This document shows, one piece after another, positions 18,764 to 28,014 of a stretch of DNA of 64,000 nt; position 1 is the stretch's first letter; the number at the start of each line of letters is the position of its first letter. The translations under genes were made by a program, and so were the position numbers. Location of the stretch: the IMG/VR virus record IMGVR_UViG_3300042554_001750; one strand, 5' to 3'. Source of the DNA: a virus. Taxonomy: Duplodnaviria; Caudoviricetes. Under the pieces are notes generated by a model. It was not told the origin of the DNA and searched no databases. It worked only from the letters and a program-made list of their open reading frames with translations.

Positions 18764-19317
18764 GACATAAAACCTGCCTTCATTAATTTCATGTAAGCCT
18801 GTTGTACAACAATTGCCTGTCGTTCAGCATCTTCTACTGCTTTGTGACTAGTCTTGTGTCCACCATCTTTTAATTTTACTCCGGCAATCTCATACAATGT
18901 TCTAGTATCACGAACAGTATAGAAAGGCCAGGGTATAGGATTAGGATAATCAGTTAATGTTTGACGCATGCCTGTTTCGCATGCGACCACATCAAATGCC
19001 GCTCCGTTACTCCAAACTGCTCTACGATTCCAACAAAACTTATAAAGTTGTTCCATACATTCTTTAAATGAAATACGATCCCTATCTCCCAATGCTTCTT
19101 CCATTGCTTCAGGACTTTGTGTACTCCACCAACGCAATGTATCTTCGTTGATAACTCTGTTGTGTATTTCTGTCTGATCCTCAATTGTAGGACGCAACTC
19201 TAACCGTTCTATAACACCTTGACCCTTAGGATCAAATCTCACAGCCCCGATGGTAAGTATAACACAATAAGGGCTTGTGTCAAGCGTCTCCAGATCAACC
19301 ATTATATCATTTGCCAT
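18760..19317 (-). CDS. DEDDh 3'-5' exonuclease (Rv2179c/RNase T-like)
   Basis: MVDLETL, WSNGAAFD, RDTRT and H.AVEDA motifs. Confidence 0.85.
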   Translation of the reverse strand: MANDIMVDLETLDTSPYCVILTIGAVRFDPKGQGVIERLELRPTIEDQTEIHNRVINEDTLRWWSTQSPEAMEEALGDRDRISFKECMEQLYKFCWNRRAVWSNGAAFDVVACETGMRQTLTDYPNPIPWPFYTVRDTRTLYEIAGVKLKDGGHKTSHKAVEDAERQAIVVQQAYMKLMKAGFMS

Positions 19318-19598
19318 TACTGAAACTTTAATAGAAATAGTAAATATTTTTTCTCGTCCATAATCTTGTAACCATCAGTAATGTTACCATTGACCATGTT
19401 CATCTTTACACCATAATTATTTTCTAGATAATCTTCAAATTCGTAGGCATCAAATTGATTACTTGATGTATCCAAGATACTCATATATTCTTGCCGAACT
19501 TGTTTTAATGCTGCCCAGTAATCCCAGCGTTTTTTCCGTTGATCGTTCAACGGGTCATCTTCATCATAGTCTTGAAAACTTTTAGGGATGCTAGCCAT
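19317..19598 (-). CDS. Small hypothetical protein (paralog family)
   Basis: C-terminal YKIMDEKKYLLFLLKFQ. Confidence 0.7.
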   Translation of the reverse strand: MASIPKSFQDYDEDDPLNDQRKKRWDYWAALKQVRQEYMSILDTSSNQFDAYEFEDYLENNYGVKMNMVNGNITDGYKIMDEKKYLLFLLKFQ

Positions 19599-20292
19599 TA
19601 CTTTGCCAAATATTATCTAGACTTCTTACATCTTCAATGATACTACTGTCAAGATAATTAAGCAAGAGAGCTGGGCGATTTTGTTTAGTAGGATTGGGCA
19701 TACTAGAATGCAATACCCTAGAGTTATATAGCAACACACTACCTTTTGGTAAAGAGGGCTGAATAGAATTCGCTTTAAAGAATCCGTCGTACATTCCCTG
19801 ATAACAAAAATCTATATTGTAATTTACCATTTGACTTTTAGGAACTATACCTGTAGCTCCATTAGTTTTATCTAAGTCATATAAGGAAACTATAGCTTGT
19901 ATGCCTAAAAAGTTTTTGTTAAAGTTATATTTTTTAAATCTATGCGGAGTATCAACATGGGGATTGATCCAAGTAGATCCTGCGTTTATAGTTACAATGT
20001 CGCTAGCATACCATTCTGCTTTAGGCAGATGCATATTAACTGTGGGGTTTATTAATTGTTCTATTTGTATAACTTCGGGCCAATCCATAACAAATTGGCT
20101 CCACCAAACACTTACATTAGGTAATTTTTCAATCTCATTACGCTCGGCATACTTTTTGTTACTAGAACTAGCACGAACTGGATACAGTAATTCTTTTTTA
20201 GCCAAGATACTATCAATCAATTCATCTGGTATTATTTTTTCAAGGATAAGGTAGCCGTTGCCTGTGGTAAGCTGGTGTTTAACTACATTCAT
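19591..20292 (-). CDS. 2OG-Fe(II) dioxygenase, PhyH-like
   Basis: HxD (PHVD), distal H (VLHSS) followed by R, and GATGIVP...GSVLLY. Confidence 0.85.
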   Translation of the reverse strand: MNVVKHQLTTGNGYLILEKIIPDELIDSILAKKELLYPVRASSSNKKYAERNEIEKLPNVSVWWSQFVMDWPEVIQIEQLINPTVNMHLPKAEWYASDIVTINAGSTWINPHVDTPHRFKKYNFNKNFLGIQAIVSLYDLDKTNGATGIVPKSQMVNYNIDFCYQGMYDGFFKANSIQPSLPKGSVLLYNSRVLHSSMPNPTKQNRPALLLNYLDSSIIEDVRSLDNIWQSNG

Positions 20293-20293
20293 A

Positions 20294-20527
20294 CTATTCC
20301 CATTTTAATTTATATAAGGTAGCATGAGCAGGGTTTTTAAAAATAAATTCTACTTTTGATGTTGCGTCCTCAGTAGGTGTATACCATACCCATTGAAAAT
20401 CAACATCAAGAACAAGACCTGCTCTTATAAGTTCATACTTGTAGTCTATTGCTTCTGTAGCTTTAATTTTGTACAGCCTAACTACATTATCTACCCATTC
20501 TATATTTATGCTTTTAGGAGTTTCCAC
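20294..20527 (-). CDS. Small hypothetical protein (paralog family)
   Basis: C-terminal FIFKNPAHATLYKLKWE. Confidence 0.65.
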   Translation of the reverse strand: METPKSINIEWVDNVVRLYKIKATEAIDYKYELIRAGLVLDVDFQWVWYTPTEDATSKVEFIFKNPAHATLYKLKWE

Positions 20528-20844
20528 ATGTACCTTTTTTCTAATTCTGTTTGTAGGTCAGTTGCGTGTTCTTTACTATCAAACACAACTCCAGTAATGT
20601 TATATTGGCTCATTAACCATTCGCTATAATTCATTCCACTATTGCTATACCAAACATGGGCATTAATAGTAACCATGTTGTCGGTATTCAATAGCAACTG
20701 CACCTGATTTAATTTAAATTTTTCAAATAACATTTTGAGTAAGTTATTGCAACTGTCATTACCTCGTATGTCGTGGAATGCGGGCCATGTAACTGTGTAT
20801 TTGTGTTTTAACTTATTTAATATAAAAGGGCTACTCATGACCAT
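20506..20844 (-). CDS. Hypothetical protein, 112 aa
   Basis: Tiles in operon. Confidence 0.6.
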   Translation of the reverse strand: MVMSSPFILNKLKHKYTVTWPAFHDIRGNDSCNNLLKMLFEKFKLNQVQLLLNTDNMVTINAHVWYSNSGMNYSEWLMSQYNITGVVFDSKEHATDLQTELEKRYMWKLLKA

Positions 20845-21086
20845 CTCAATGTAAACATAATATAATCACGCTCATATCTAAATTTAAAGCCAGAACTTTC
20901 CGCAAATCGTATCCATCTAGTATGCCGTTCAGTTCCATCTATATTCTCATAGAGCCAAGTTACTATTTCAGAGTGTTTGAACGGACTTGTGTTTTCTAAA
21001 ATGATAGTATACCATCCTGGATTAGTATTGTCCCATCCTTTATCATAATCATAGTAATTAAAGACAGCAACATCAGTCTTGCTCAC
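20835..21086 (-). CDS. Small hypothetical protein (paralog family)
   Basis: C-terminal FKFRYERDYIMFTLRWS. Confidence 0.7.
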   Translation of the reverse strand: MSKTDVAVFNYYDYDKGWDNTNPGWYTIILENTSPFKHSEIVTWLYENIDGTERHTRWIRFAESSGFKFRYERDYIMFTLRWS

Positions 21087-21339
21087 CTGTAATCTCTTTT
21101 TCTACTAATGTGTATGGGCGCCAATCATCGTTAGGATCATACATCAATGTAAAGTATGTATAGTCACTTTCTTTAGTGAACCATACAAACAATTCATAAC
21201 CCGCAGTTTGATACTTAAACTCTACACCTTGTTCTTTGCGGAATCGTTCAAATCTTCTTAGTACTAATGCTCTAGCCATTTGCGCTGACATACCACCAGC
21301 ACCATATGGCAAATCAAATTTTAGTAATTTTATAAACAT
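21073..21339 (-). CDS. Small hypothetical protein (paralog family)
   Basis: VWFTKESDYTYFTLMY motif. Confidence 0.65.
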   Translation of the reverse strand: MFIKLLKFDLPYGAGGMSAQMARALVLRRFERFRKEQGVEFKYQTAGYELFVWFTKESDYTYFTLMYDPNDDWRPYTLVEKEITGEQD

Positions 21340-21542
21340 ACTAAAGAAAAATGTATAGCGTCCTTTTCTTCCATAAAAATAAAATCCATACTATCTTCGG
21401 TAAGATGAGTAATATACTTCAACCCCGGAAGTCCAAATGTTTCTATGGCAAAGATACATTTTTCATCCCAATTTGAAATTGTATCTCCGTACTTCCATGG
21501 AATATTGACGGTATACTTGTATTTAGTATCCTGCGGCATCAA
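21330..21542 (-). CDS. Small hypothetical protein (paralog family)
   Basis: C-terminal FIFMEEKDAIHFSLVCL. Confidence 0.65.
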   Translation of the reverse strand: MMPQDTKYKYTVNIPWKYGDTISNWDEKCIFAIETFGLPGLKYITHLTEDSMDFIFMEEKDAIHFSLVCL

Positions 21543-22233
21543 GCAAACCCTTGATTTCTTTTACTTTGTCGGGATTCCGTTTAAATTTGATAGCCCATAG
21601 TTCAGGATTAATATAATCAAGAACCATCTTAACCTGTGTTTGATCTAGTTCATCTAAAAACTTTGTGCCACTATTACTTTGATATAACATCCATGGGCTA
21701 ATTTTACCTGTTGTTATCGCATAACAAACACGGTTACGGTTAGCATAACGCAATACATCTTTAGTTTGTATCGTTTCAACTTCAGCTAGTTTTTGTGTTG
21801 TTTCAATACTTCTTGCAACTGCATCAAGTGGATCTTCTTCACGCAAGTATTCAACTAGAAATTTTGTATAGGTGGTGTCAGTATTCCATGTATCAATCTT
21901 GACTTGATTCTTTAACAGCCAATCTACAAATCTGCTAACATTCAACACATTGGCATCACTACAATATGTGCCGAATTTTACGAATGCAGTATAGTATGCC
22001 GACTTAATAAATTCTTCGTAGGTTTTTTGCTTTTTAGTACTAGTATTCTTTTTGTAAAACTGTAGCCATGCTTGAAAGCCCAGTCTATTACCTTGCAGTT
22101 CTTTGTTCAACCATCGTTGTTTGTATTCACACAAATGCTTTGCGATGGTAGTCTCGCGCAAAAAACTACGCCCACAAAAATCACAACTAAAATTTTTAGT
22201 TTCAGTTGCCCCTGTCTTTTTCATATTGTTCAA
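21523..22233 (-). CDS. Hypothetical protein with N-terminal C2H2-like zinc finger
   Basis: FSCDFCGRSFLRETTIAKHLC. Confidence 0.7.
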   Translation of the reverse strand: MNNMKKTGATETKNFSCDFCGRSFLRETTIAKHLCEYKQRWLNKELQGNRLGFQAWLQFYKKNTSTKKQKTYEEFIKSAYYTAFVKFGTYCSDANVLNVSRFVDWLLKNQVKIDTWNTDTTYTKFLVEYLREEDPLDAVARSIETTQKLAEVETIQTKDVLRYANRNRVCYAITTGKISPWMLYQSNSGTKFLDELDQTQVKMVLDYINPELWAIKFKRNPDKVKEIKGLLDAAGY

Positions 22234-22792
22234 TGTCTTTGTCGGTTACGATTTGATTTAATGTTTCAATATCTTCAATTTTAAGATAAGGAAACAATTC
22301 ACTTAAATGAATTTTACGCTTGTTGTCTCGGACGAATTCTTCTGCGAATTCTTGCAATGTACTACTATCTGTGTTTGGATATACCTTTGCAAAGTACTCT
22401 TTAATGTCTTTGACTTTTGCCGGAGATTTTAACTTACTTACACTACTTGAGATATGCGGGATCCACTGATGAAACTGTTTACCTACACCCGGACTTGATG
22501 CACACAACATCATCCAAACTAGTTTAGGATGCTTTTGTACATTTTCATTAAACAAATATTTGTTAGCGAACTGGTTAACGCTCATTACATAGTAACGGCT
22601 TAAGCCTTCACTACCTTTGATTGCGCTCATCCAATGAGTCATCATAAAGGGAACAAACTTTTTCTGTTGCTCCTCAGTCAACTTATCATAGTATCCATAA
22701 TCTTTTTTGTCTAAAGCCGCAAGCACTTCAAACAAGTCAAGATCCTGCTTTTCAAACTTTTCGTCTTTGGATAACTTTTCTTTTGCCATCAA
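22202..22792 (-). CDS. Clamp-loader small subunit, T4 gp62-like (candidate)
   Basis: LFEVLAAL...FVPFMMTHWMS...VNQFAN...HPKLVW...FHQWI pattern. Confidence 0.6.
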   Translation of the reverse strand: MMAKEKLSKDEKFEKQDLDLFEVLAALDKKDYGYYDKLTEEQQKKFVPFMMTHWMSAIKGSEGLSRYYVMSVNQFANKYLFNENVQKHPKLVWMMLCASSPGVGKQFHQWIPHISSSVSKLKSPAKVKDIKEYFAKVYPNTDSSTLQEFAEEFVRDNKRKIHLSELFPYLKIEDIETLNQIVTDKDIEQYEKDRGN

Positions 22793-23289
22793 AACGCCTG
22801 ATTATAATCTACAATCTCACAGTTTCTACTAATCTCTTTAACAAAGTAAACACATCTGGGCTTAGGACCATCGTCAATGGGCACAGATAAAAACTGCCCG
22901 TTCTTTAATCTAGGAGCATACCAAGTTACATCATGGTATATGTCTATGATTTCAATGGGTAGAAAATCTGGTCTAAAGCTACTAAGTGGATTAAATTCAA
23001 ATGCTGAAAAGCCCCTGTCGTTAATACTAGTAAGTGGAAGTGTTTCTAAGTCGCCGTGTTCTTTCTCACCGATAAGTATCTGCCAATCTACTGGCATCTT
23101 AATACGCTTGTTGCCAATGTTTAATACCAGTGCAGGCGCACTAAAGCTTTCTAAAAAGATTAATGGAATATAATGATAGTCTACATTTTGTGGATTACTG
23201 TTGTCTAGTATTGCAAAACGCAGATCGTCTATTTCTTCGGGAAGATTTTCTAGGTTGTAAGGTTGATTGTCTAATGTTAATATCCGCAT
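22789..23289 (-). CDS. Stand-alone degenerate Hint-fold-like protein (inferred)
   Basis: Hydrophobic pattern parallels intein blocks A, B and F, but without Cys1, the block-B His or a terminal Asn. Confidence 0.45.
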   Translation of the reverse strand: MRILTLDNQPYNLENLPEEIDDLRFAILDNSNPQNVDYHYIPLIFLESFSAPALVLNIGNKRIKMPVDWQILIGEKEHGDLETLPLTSINDRGFSAFEFNPLSSFRPDFLPIEIIDIYHDVTWYAPRLKNGQFLSVPIDDGPKPRCVYFVKEISRNCEIVDYNQAF

Positions 23290-23301
23290 ATTATGAATAT
23301 A

Positions 23302-24759
23302 TCACTTATAATTAAGTTTTTCAATATCAAATGGATAACTTGCCTCTTTGTAAAAGGCTTTTCGTTGGCTCAAATGCCGTTTGGCAAACTTGCAACTACT
23401 TGTTATGTCCCAGATTTGTACGAAGTCCTTGTCCTCAGCTTTTCTAATGCCTCGCCCAATAGATTGTATAACCCTAACAAAGCTTTTTCCGGGCTCCAAA
23501 AGAACCAGATTAAAAATCCGAGGAATATTAATACCCACAGCGGCCACACCGTAAGTCGCCACAATAATCTTATCACTACTCGTCGCCACCTCATCATATT
23601 CTTCTTTTCTTTCAGTTAATTTTGTTTCGCCACTGACAAATACTGCATTAGGTAATCGGTCTACTAATTCTTTGCCGGCTGCTACACGGTCAACAAGGAT
23701 TAAAGTATTACCACTGTCTTTTATTTTTAAGATTAGCTCGGCGATTGTGTCTAATCTTTTCTTATCTTCTAATAGATGTTTTAGCTCACTTTGATAGTTT
23801 GTAAACTCTACGCCATCTTGTAACTGCACAATGTTTACATGACATTGTGCCAACACACCTTTGTCTTGTAATTCGCTGGCACTTAGTTTTCCTACAACGG
23901 ACCCGATACTAACAAACAATGCTTGTGCTTCAAACTTTGCTTTGGGAATAGTTCCAGTAAGACCCCAACGAATAGGTACATGACTGAATACGCTAGTCAT
24001 TAGTGTTTTAAGTGCGTCTGCCTTTGCTTGATGCACCTCGTCTACAATGATACAAACAACATCTTCAATAAACTCACCGATAGGAATTTCTGCTTCACCT
24101 GCTTTAGTTTTCTTCAACATATTGTTGAGACTTTGCCAAGTACAAATTGTGTGTGTCTTGCCTATTTCTTTTCTATCACCGAAGTAGACACCTACATCTA
24201 ATCCTACATTGCGATAATCTTCTTCTGTTTGTGTAACAAGTGACTTGTTAGGAACGATTACGATACTGCGACCATAGTTTTGTATGCTATAACTCAATGC
24301 TGCCGTTGTAATTGTTTTACCTGCACCTGTTGCTACTTCCTGAATACACTGCGGATTCTCTAAGAAACGGTTGATAACTTCTACTTGATAGTCACGCAAC
24401 TTAATAGGCTGACCCTCTAATGGATGCTTCTTGGGCCATACATGTTGAGAAAATAGATCCTCGGACACTTGAGCAAAATTGAATGTTGTGGAGTATTCGC
24501 GCAAGTCCTCTAACTGAATGTCATATCCTGCCTGATCAAGTAAGGGCAAAATCTCAGGCAATAGATTAAGATAAGTGCTACCACCTAAACTAAAATAACT
24601 TACCTTACCATTCCAACGACCTAACCTAACCGCGGGCAAATACCTTGCACCAGGAATTTCGTACTCAAACATATGAAGTAACGTTTTTCTGTCTCCTAAA
24701 TCCAAGTTTTCTATTTTACAATTAACTTCATCCTTAACAATAATTTTACAAGTTTTCAT
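23302..24759 (-). CDS. uvsW: SF2 DNA helicase, UvsW-like
   Basis: LRDYQ, ATGAGKT, DEVH, GLTGT, GINIP and QSIGRGIR. Confidence 0.9.
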   Translation of the reverse strand: MKTCKIIVKDEVNCKIENLDLGDRKTLLHMFEYEIPGARYLPAVRLGRWNGKVSYFSLGGSTYLNLLPEILPLLDQAGYDIQLEDLREYSTTFNFAQVSEDLFSQHVWPKKHPLEGQPIKLRDYQVEVINRFLENPQCIQEVATGAGKTITTAALSYSIQNYGRSIVIVPNKSLVTQTEEDYRNVGLDVGVYFGDRKEIGKTHTICTWQSLNNMLKKTKAGEAEIPIGEFIEDVVCIIVDEVHQAKADALKTLMTSVFSHVPIRWGLTGTIPKAKFEAQALFVSIGSVVGKLSASELQDKGVLAQCHVNIVQLQDGVEFTNYQSELKHLLEDKKRLDTIAELILKIKDSGNTLILVDRVAAGKELVDRLPNAVFVSGETKLTERKEEYDEVATSSDKIIVATYGVAAVGINIPRIFNLVLLEPGKSFVRVIQSIGRGIRKAEDKDFVQIWDITSSCKFAKRHLSQRKAFYKEASYPFDIEKLNYK

Positions 24760-25787
24760 GATATCTTTATGGGAGTGTTGTTGAGTACTTTGATTCTTTT
24801 AGTAATGTTAAGATCGGATACAGTATGCTTGTAATTCATTTTGCTAGAAAAATAAATGATAGCTATTTTTTTAGTTTGATAACTATCAACATCTTCTAAG
24901 AATAATTTCATTAAATTAAAAACTTGAATTCCAGATTCAGAAAACTTTTGTCTTAGTTCGGTCTTCAATGATTGGGGCAAAGAGTGTTCTGCAATTATAC
25001 CAACTGCATCGCATTCTATTTCACGAAGCCAATGAGGTAGATCAAAAATATCTTCAATTAAAATTTCAGTATCGTATTCACTAGCAAATTTGGTTTTTTT
25101 GTTTTGAAATTTTATCTCGTCTGAGATATCTACACCTAGAGTAGAAAGATATGCTAGTGTTTTTATATCAGTATTTAGTGTTATATTAGACAACTGATTA
25201 TGAATATGATTGTTGATAGCCGCAATCATATACTGATTATTTACCTTTACCAGAGTTGGGTTCCAATACTTGACAGAATCATGTCTTTTTAGTTTTTCTA
25301 AAAGTGTTTTAGTCGTATCGCAGTAATTAATCACTGGATAATATTTTTTAGCTGTGTCTAAAATCAACTTCAAAGAATACGACCCATACGGAGCCGAATA
25401 TCTTTTGTTATCCTTATCCCATTTAAAAAAATGAGTTTGTGTTCTTAAATCACTTATAAATTTTTTACTGAAGGGGGACCGAAAGTATATGAAATTGTTT
25501 TCAATAGAAACCTTTGCCTCTGTATATTCTTTTTCGCTGGGGACAATATTGGTTGCTTGCCAATTTAATTTAGATATCAAGGTAGGTGAAATTTTATTTT
25601 TTGTTAGTTGTCGTTGATACTTAATCACTAATTTTTCAAATAACGCTATTTGGTTTGTAGTCACAGACTGATTTTGTAAAATGGCAAAGTGCAAATTAGT
25701 AACAAACTTTAAGTCCAACGAACTTAGTTTCATCATTCCAACCTGCATGTAGTATACCAAATGTTCCCGAGTTTTTAATTCAATCAT
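24756..25787 (-). CDS. Hypothetical protein, 343 aa
   Basis: Long AT-rich ORF coupled to uvsW by an ATGA overlap. Confidence 0.75.
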   Translation of the reverse strand: MIELKTREHLVYYMQVGMMKLSSLDLKFVTNLHFAILQNQSVTTNQIALFEKLVIKYQRQLTKNKISPTLISKLNWQATNIVPSEKEYTEAKVSIENNFIYFRSPFSKKFISDLRTQTHFFKWDKDNKRYSAPYGSYSLKLILDTAKKYYPVINYCDTTKTLLEKLKRHDSVKYWNPTLVKVNNQYMIAAINNHIHNQLSNITLNTDIKTLAYLSTLGVDISDEIKFQNKKTKFASEYDTEILIEDIFDLPHWLREIECDAVGIIAEHSLPQSLKTELRQKFSESGIQVFNLMKLFLEDVDSYQTKKIAIIYFSSKMNYKHTVSDLNITKRIKVLNNTPIKIS

Positions 25788-25833
25788 CTTTTGATTTTAG
25801 CATTTTACAATATACAATCACAAGTACAAAGGC

Positions 25834-25856
25834 AAAAAAAGGGAACCAAAGTCCCC
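25834..25856 (-). terminator. Rho-independent terminator
   Basis: Minus strand GGGGAC-TTTG-GTTCCC followed by T7. Confidence 0.7.
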
Positions 25857-25885
25857 TAAAACTTGTTTAATCTACTTACGGAATA

Positions 25886-26908
25886 TCAGCCCTTCATGCA
25901 CGTGGCACGTGCCAGATTCTGCCAATTGGTCGGGCTAATCTTAACCAAATCAGCAATCTTCAAAGTCATACGCAAGGACACTTCACGCAACTTGTTGTGA
26001 TTGTCCCACATGAAATTCAGAATCGTTTCCTCTTGTTCCTTGTCAAACCCATAGTCAACGAACAACCCGGGGTCAGCATCACGATGGACTTGCTTGATAC
26101 GGAGCATCTTATCACGCTCGGTGTTGATAGTCAGGTCCAAGAAGTGACTGCGAGACTGGAGAGCATCCAAGTGCGGCTGAATCTTAGTGGCTCGCTTGTT
26201 ATCAAAGGTCTTGTTAGTGATAAAAATGATAGAACCATGGAAGTCAAAAGTGTTGGGGACACCTTCTTCACGCAACAGTCGGCTATCCTTGTTGTAAGAG
26301 ATACGACGGGTCTTGCCTGAATCCAAAGCACCCTTGAGAATATTCACAGCATCCTGATCTTCCCAAATGTCGCAATCGTCAAAGACCAATACATTCTTGC
26401 GATCCGAATACTTGTACAACAGAGCAAACAATCCGATAGCGGACATAGTACCCTTGACAATTTCAAAACGCAACTTGCGGCCTACAACCTGATCAAACAG
26501 GCTAGCCTTTTCCATTTGCGTAGTGACGCCGAAACTCTTACCGACACCGGGGGGGCCAGTCACAATCATAGCACGGATATCACCTGAGATACATGCCTTA
26601 GACATTTCATCAAGGACTGCAAAACGCTCCTTGATGCGGTCCATAGCCTGCTCATCAGTCTCGGTAACAACCTCAGCAGGAGCCTCGGACACTTGACTGA
26701 CAACCGAAGAGCCGTTCAGAAATTCAATAGCCTGCATATTGTCAACCTTGATTTTAATCTCATCACTGTAGCCGGGAAACTGGCCGTCATTCTTGACAGT
26801 AACATAGTTACCTTTCTTGCCGGTTTGAAAACCCTTGACAAGGGTAAAAACCTCGTTACGAACGGTTTGATTGCGATACGAACCAGAGAGAATGCGAATC
26901 GTTGACAT
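25886..26908 (-). CDS. AAA+ ATPase with N-terminal extra domain (early gene)
   Basis: GPPGVGKS, LVFDDCD, FITN and ALQSRS; own sigma70 promoter and terminator. Confidence 0.85.
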   Translation of the reverse strand: MSTIRILSGSYRNQTVRNEVFTLVKGFQTGKKGNYVTVKNDGQFPGYSDEIKIKVDNMQAIEFLNGSSVVSQVSEAPAEVVTETDEQAMDRIKERFAVLDEMSKACISGDIRAMIVTGPPGVGKSFGVTTQMEKASLFDQVVGRKLRFEIVKGTMSAIGLFALLYKYSDRKNVLVFDDCDIWEDQDAVNILKGALDSGKTRRISYNKDSRLLREEGVPNTFDFHGSIIFITNKTFDNKRATKIQPHLDALQSRSHFLDLTINTERDKMLRIKQVHRDADPGLFVDYGFDKEQEETILNFMWDNHNKLREVSLRMTLKIADLVKISPTNWQNLARATCMKG

Positions 26909-26941
26909 ATTTGCTCCTGTGTCTTAACTGTCTATGTATGT

Positions 26942-26972
26942 ATTATATAGCCAAATCCATTTATTGTCAACC
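26942..26972 (-). promoter_or_regulatory. Sigma70-type early promoter (cassette repeat)
   Basis: GGTTGACAATAAATGGATTTGGCTATATAAT; 17-nt spacer. Confidence 0.9.
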
Positions 26973-26974
26973 TA

Positions 26975-27163
26975 TTAAAAATCTACAAATCCTAGGTTGT
27001 ACATTGCGTCACGGAAAGGTTCATAGCAATCCGGATCTCCGAATGAATAAATCAGTTCACGCAATTCCTCGGTGCATCCATCTTCAAACAAGTCAAAAAT
27101 TGCATAGTTATCCAAGGTCTTGCAGGCTTCAATAAAATCAGAAAGATCGGAAAGTAGAGTCAT
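26975..27163 (-). CDS. Small acidic hypothetical protein
   Basis: ORF between two promoter repeats, AGGA RBS. Confidence 0.65.
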   Translation of the reverse strand: MTLLSDLSDFIEACKTLDNYAIFDLFEDGCTEELRELIYSFGDPDCYEPFRDAMYNLGFVDF

Positions 27164-27193
27164 GTTTATTCCTGAAGTTGACTGAAAGATCCT

Positions 27194-27224
27194 AGTTTAA
27201 CACAGGATCCATTTATTGTCAACC
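27194..27224 (-). promoter_or_regulatory. Sigma70-type early promoter (cassette repeat)
   Basis: GGTTGACAATAAATGGATCCTGTGTTAAACT; 17-nt spacer. Confidence 0.8.
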
Positions 27225-27536
27225 TCAGGCCGTGATCCAAACTTCCTCAGATTCTAATACCAATGATTCGGAGCCATCGTATTCATCAATACGAAACTGT
27301 GCCCCTTCAGGTACCCACTTTACAATCAAGTCGCCTGCTCCGCCAGTGTACCCCTCAGGGTACTTCAAGTCAGCATAAGCCACAAGTTCCTCAGACTCAG
27401 CACCGCTCAATACCAAATCCACAAGGGTGGGATCAAACAACAATTCGGGCATTTCTTTGTTCCAAGTATACCAGCCGGCACCGAAGCCGGGAGATACTAG
27501 CACGGCAACCATGCCGTCACGCACAATTTTATCCAT
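27225..27536 (-). CDS. Hypothetical phage protein, 103 aa
   Basis: VAVLVSPGFGAGW...FRIDEYDGSE, typical of small phage early proteins. Confidence 0.75.
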   Translation of the reverse strand: MDKIVRDGMVAVLVSPGFGAGWYTWNKEMPELLFDPTLVDLVLSGAESEELVAYADLKYPEGYTGGAGDLIVKWVPEGAQFRIDEYDGSESLVLESEEVWITA

Positions 27537-28003
27537 TACGCAGCCTTTGCGAGGTATTCGGACACTTGATCACCGGTGACAATTGCTCCGTCACGCATCG
27601 TATACACAACACGATAGTTGGCACGACCGCCAGCCATCTCCATATCATACTCCTCGGTCTTACGCTCGACCTTGGAGTTCATATAGCCATACTCACCGTT
27701 CTCAACGGTGCGATTAGCGATCCAACGACCGCCGATCCAACGGAGTTCAAACGGGGTCTCCCACGGCTCGGTAACCTTAACATCATTGTCAAGGATGGCG
27801 TAGTCAACCACATACTCCTCAAACATATCCGAATGGGTTTCAATCAATGCCTTGAGGGTGGGTATACCACGCTCCTTGACCTTAAGGGTTTGTTCAACTG
27901 TCAGATCGGGAACAACAAAGACCTCACCGCCCTTCATCTTCCAGTAGGGTTCAGCAACGGTACCGTAGTTTTCGCGGACTTGAGTGTAAATGACGACCTT
28001 CAT
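27536..28003 (-). CDS. Hypothetical phage protein, 155 aa
   Basis: GGAG RBS, downstream of promoter repeat. Confidence 0.75.
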   Translation of the reverse strand: MKVVIYTQVRENYGTVAEPYWKMKGGEVFVVPDLTVEQTLKVKERGIPTLKALIETHSDMFEEYVVDYAILDNDVKVTEPWETPFELRWIGGRWIANRTVENGEYGYMNSKVERKTEEYDMEMAGGRANYRVVYTMRDGAIVTGDQVSEYLAKAA

Positions 28004-28014
28004 ATTTGCTCCGT

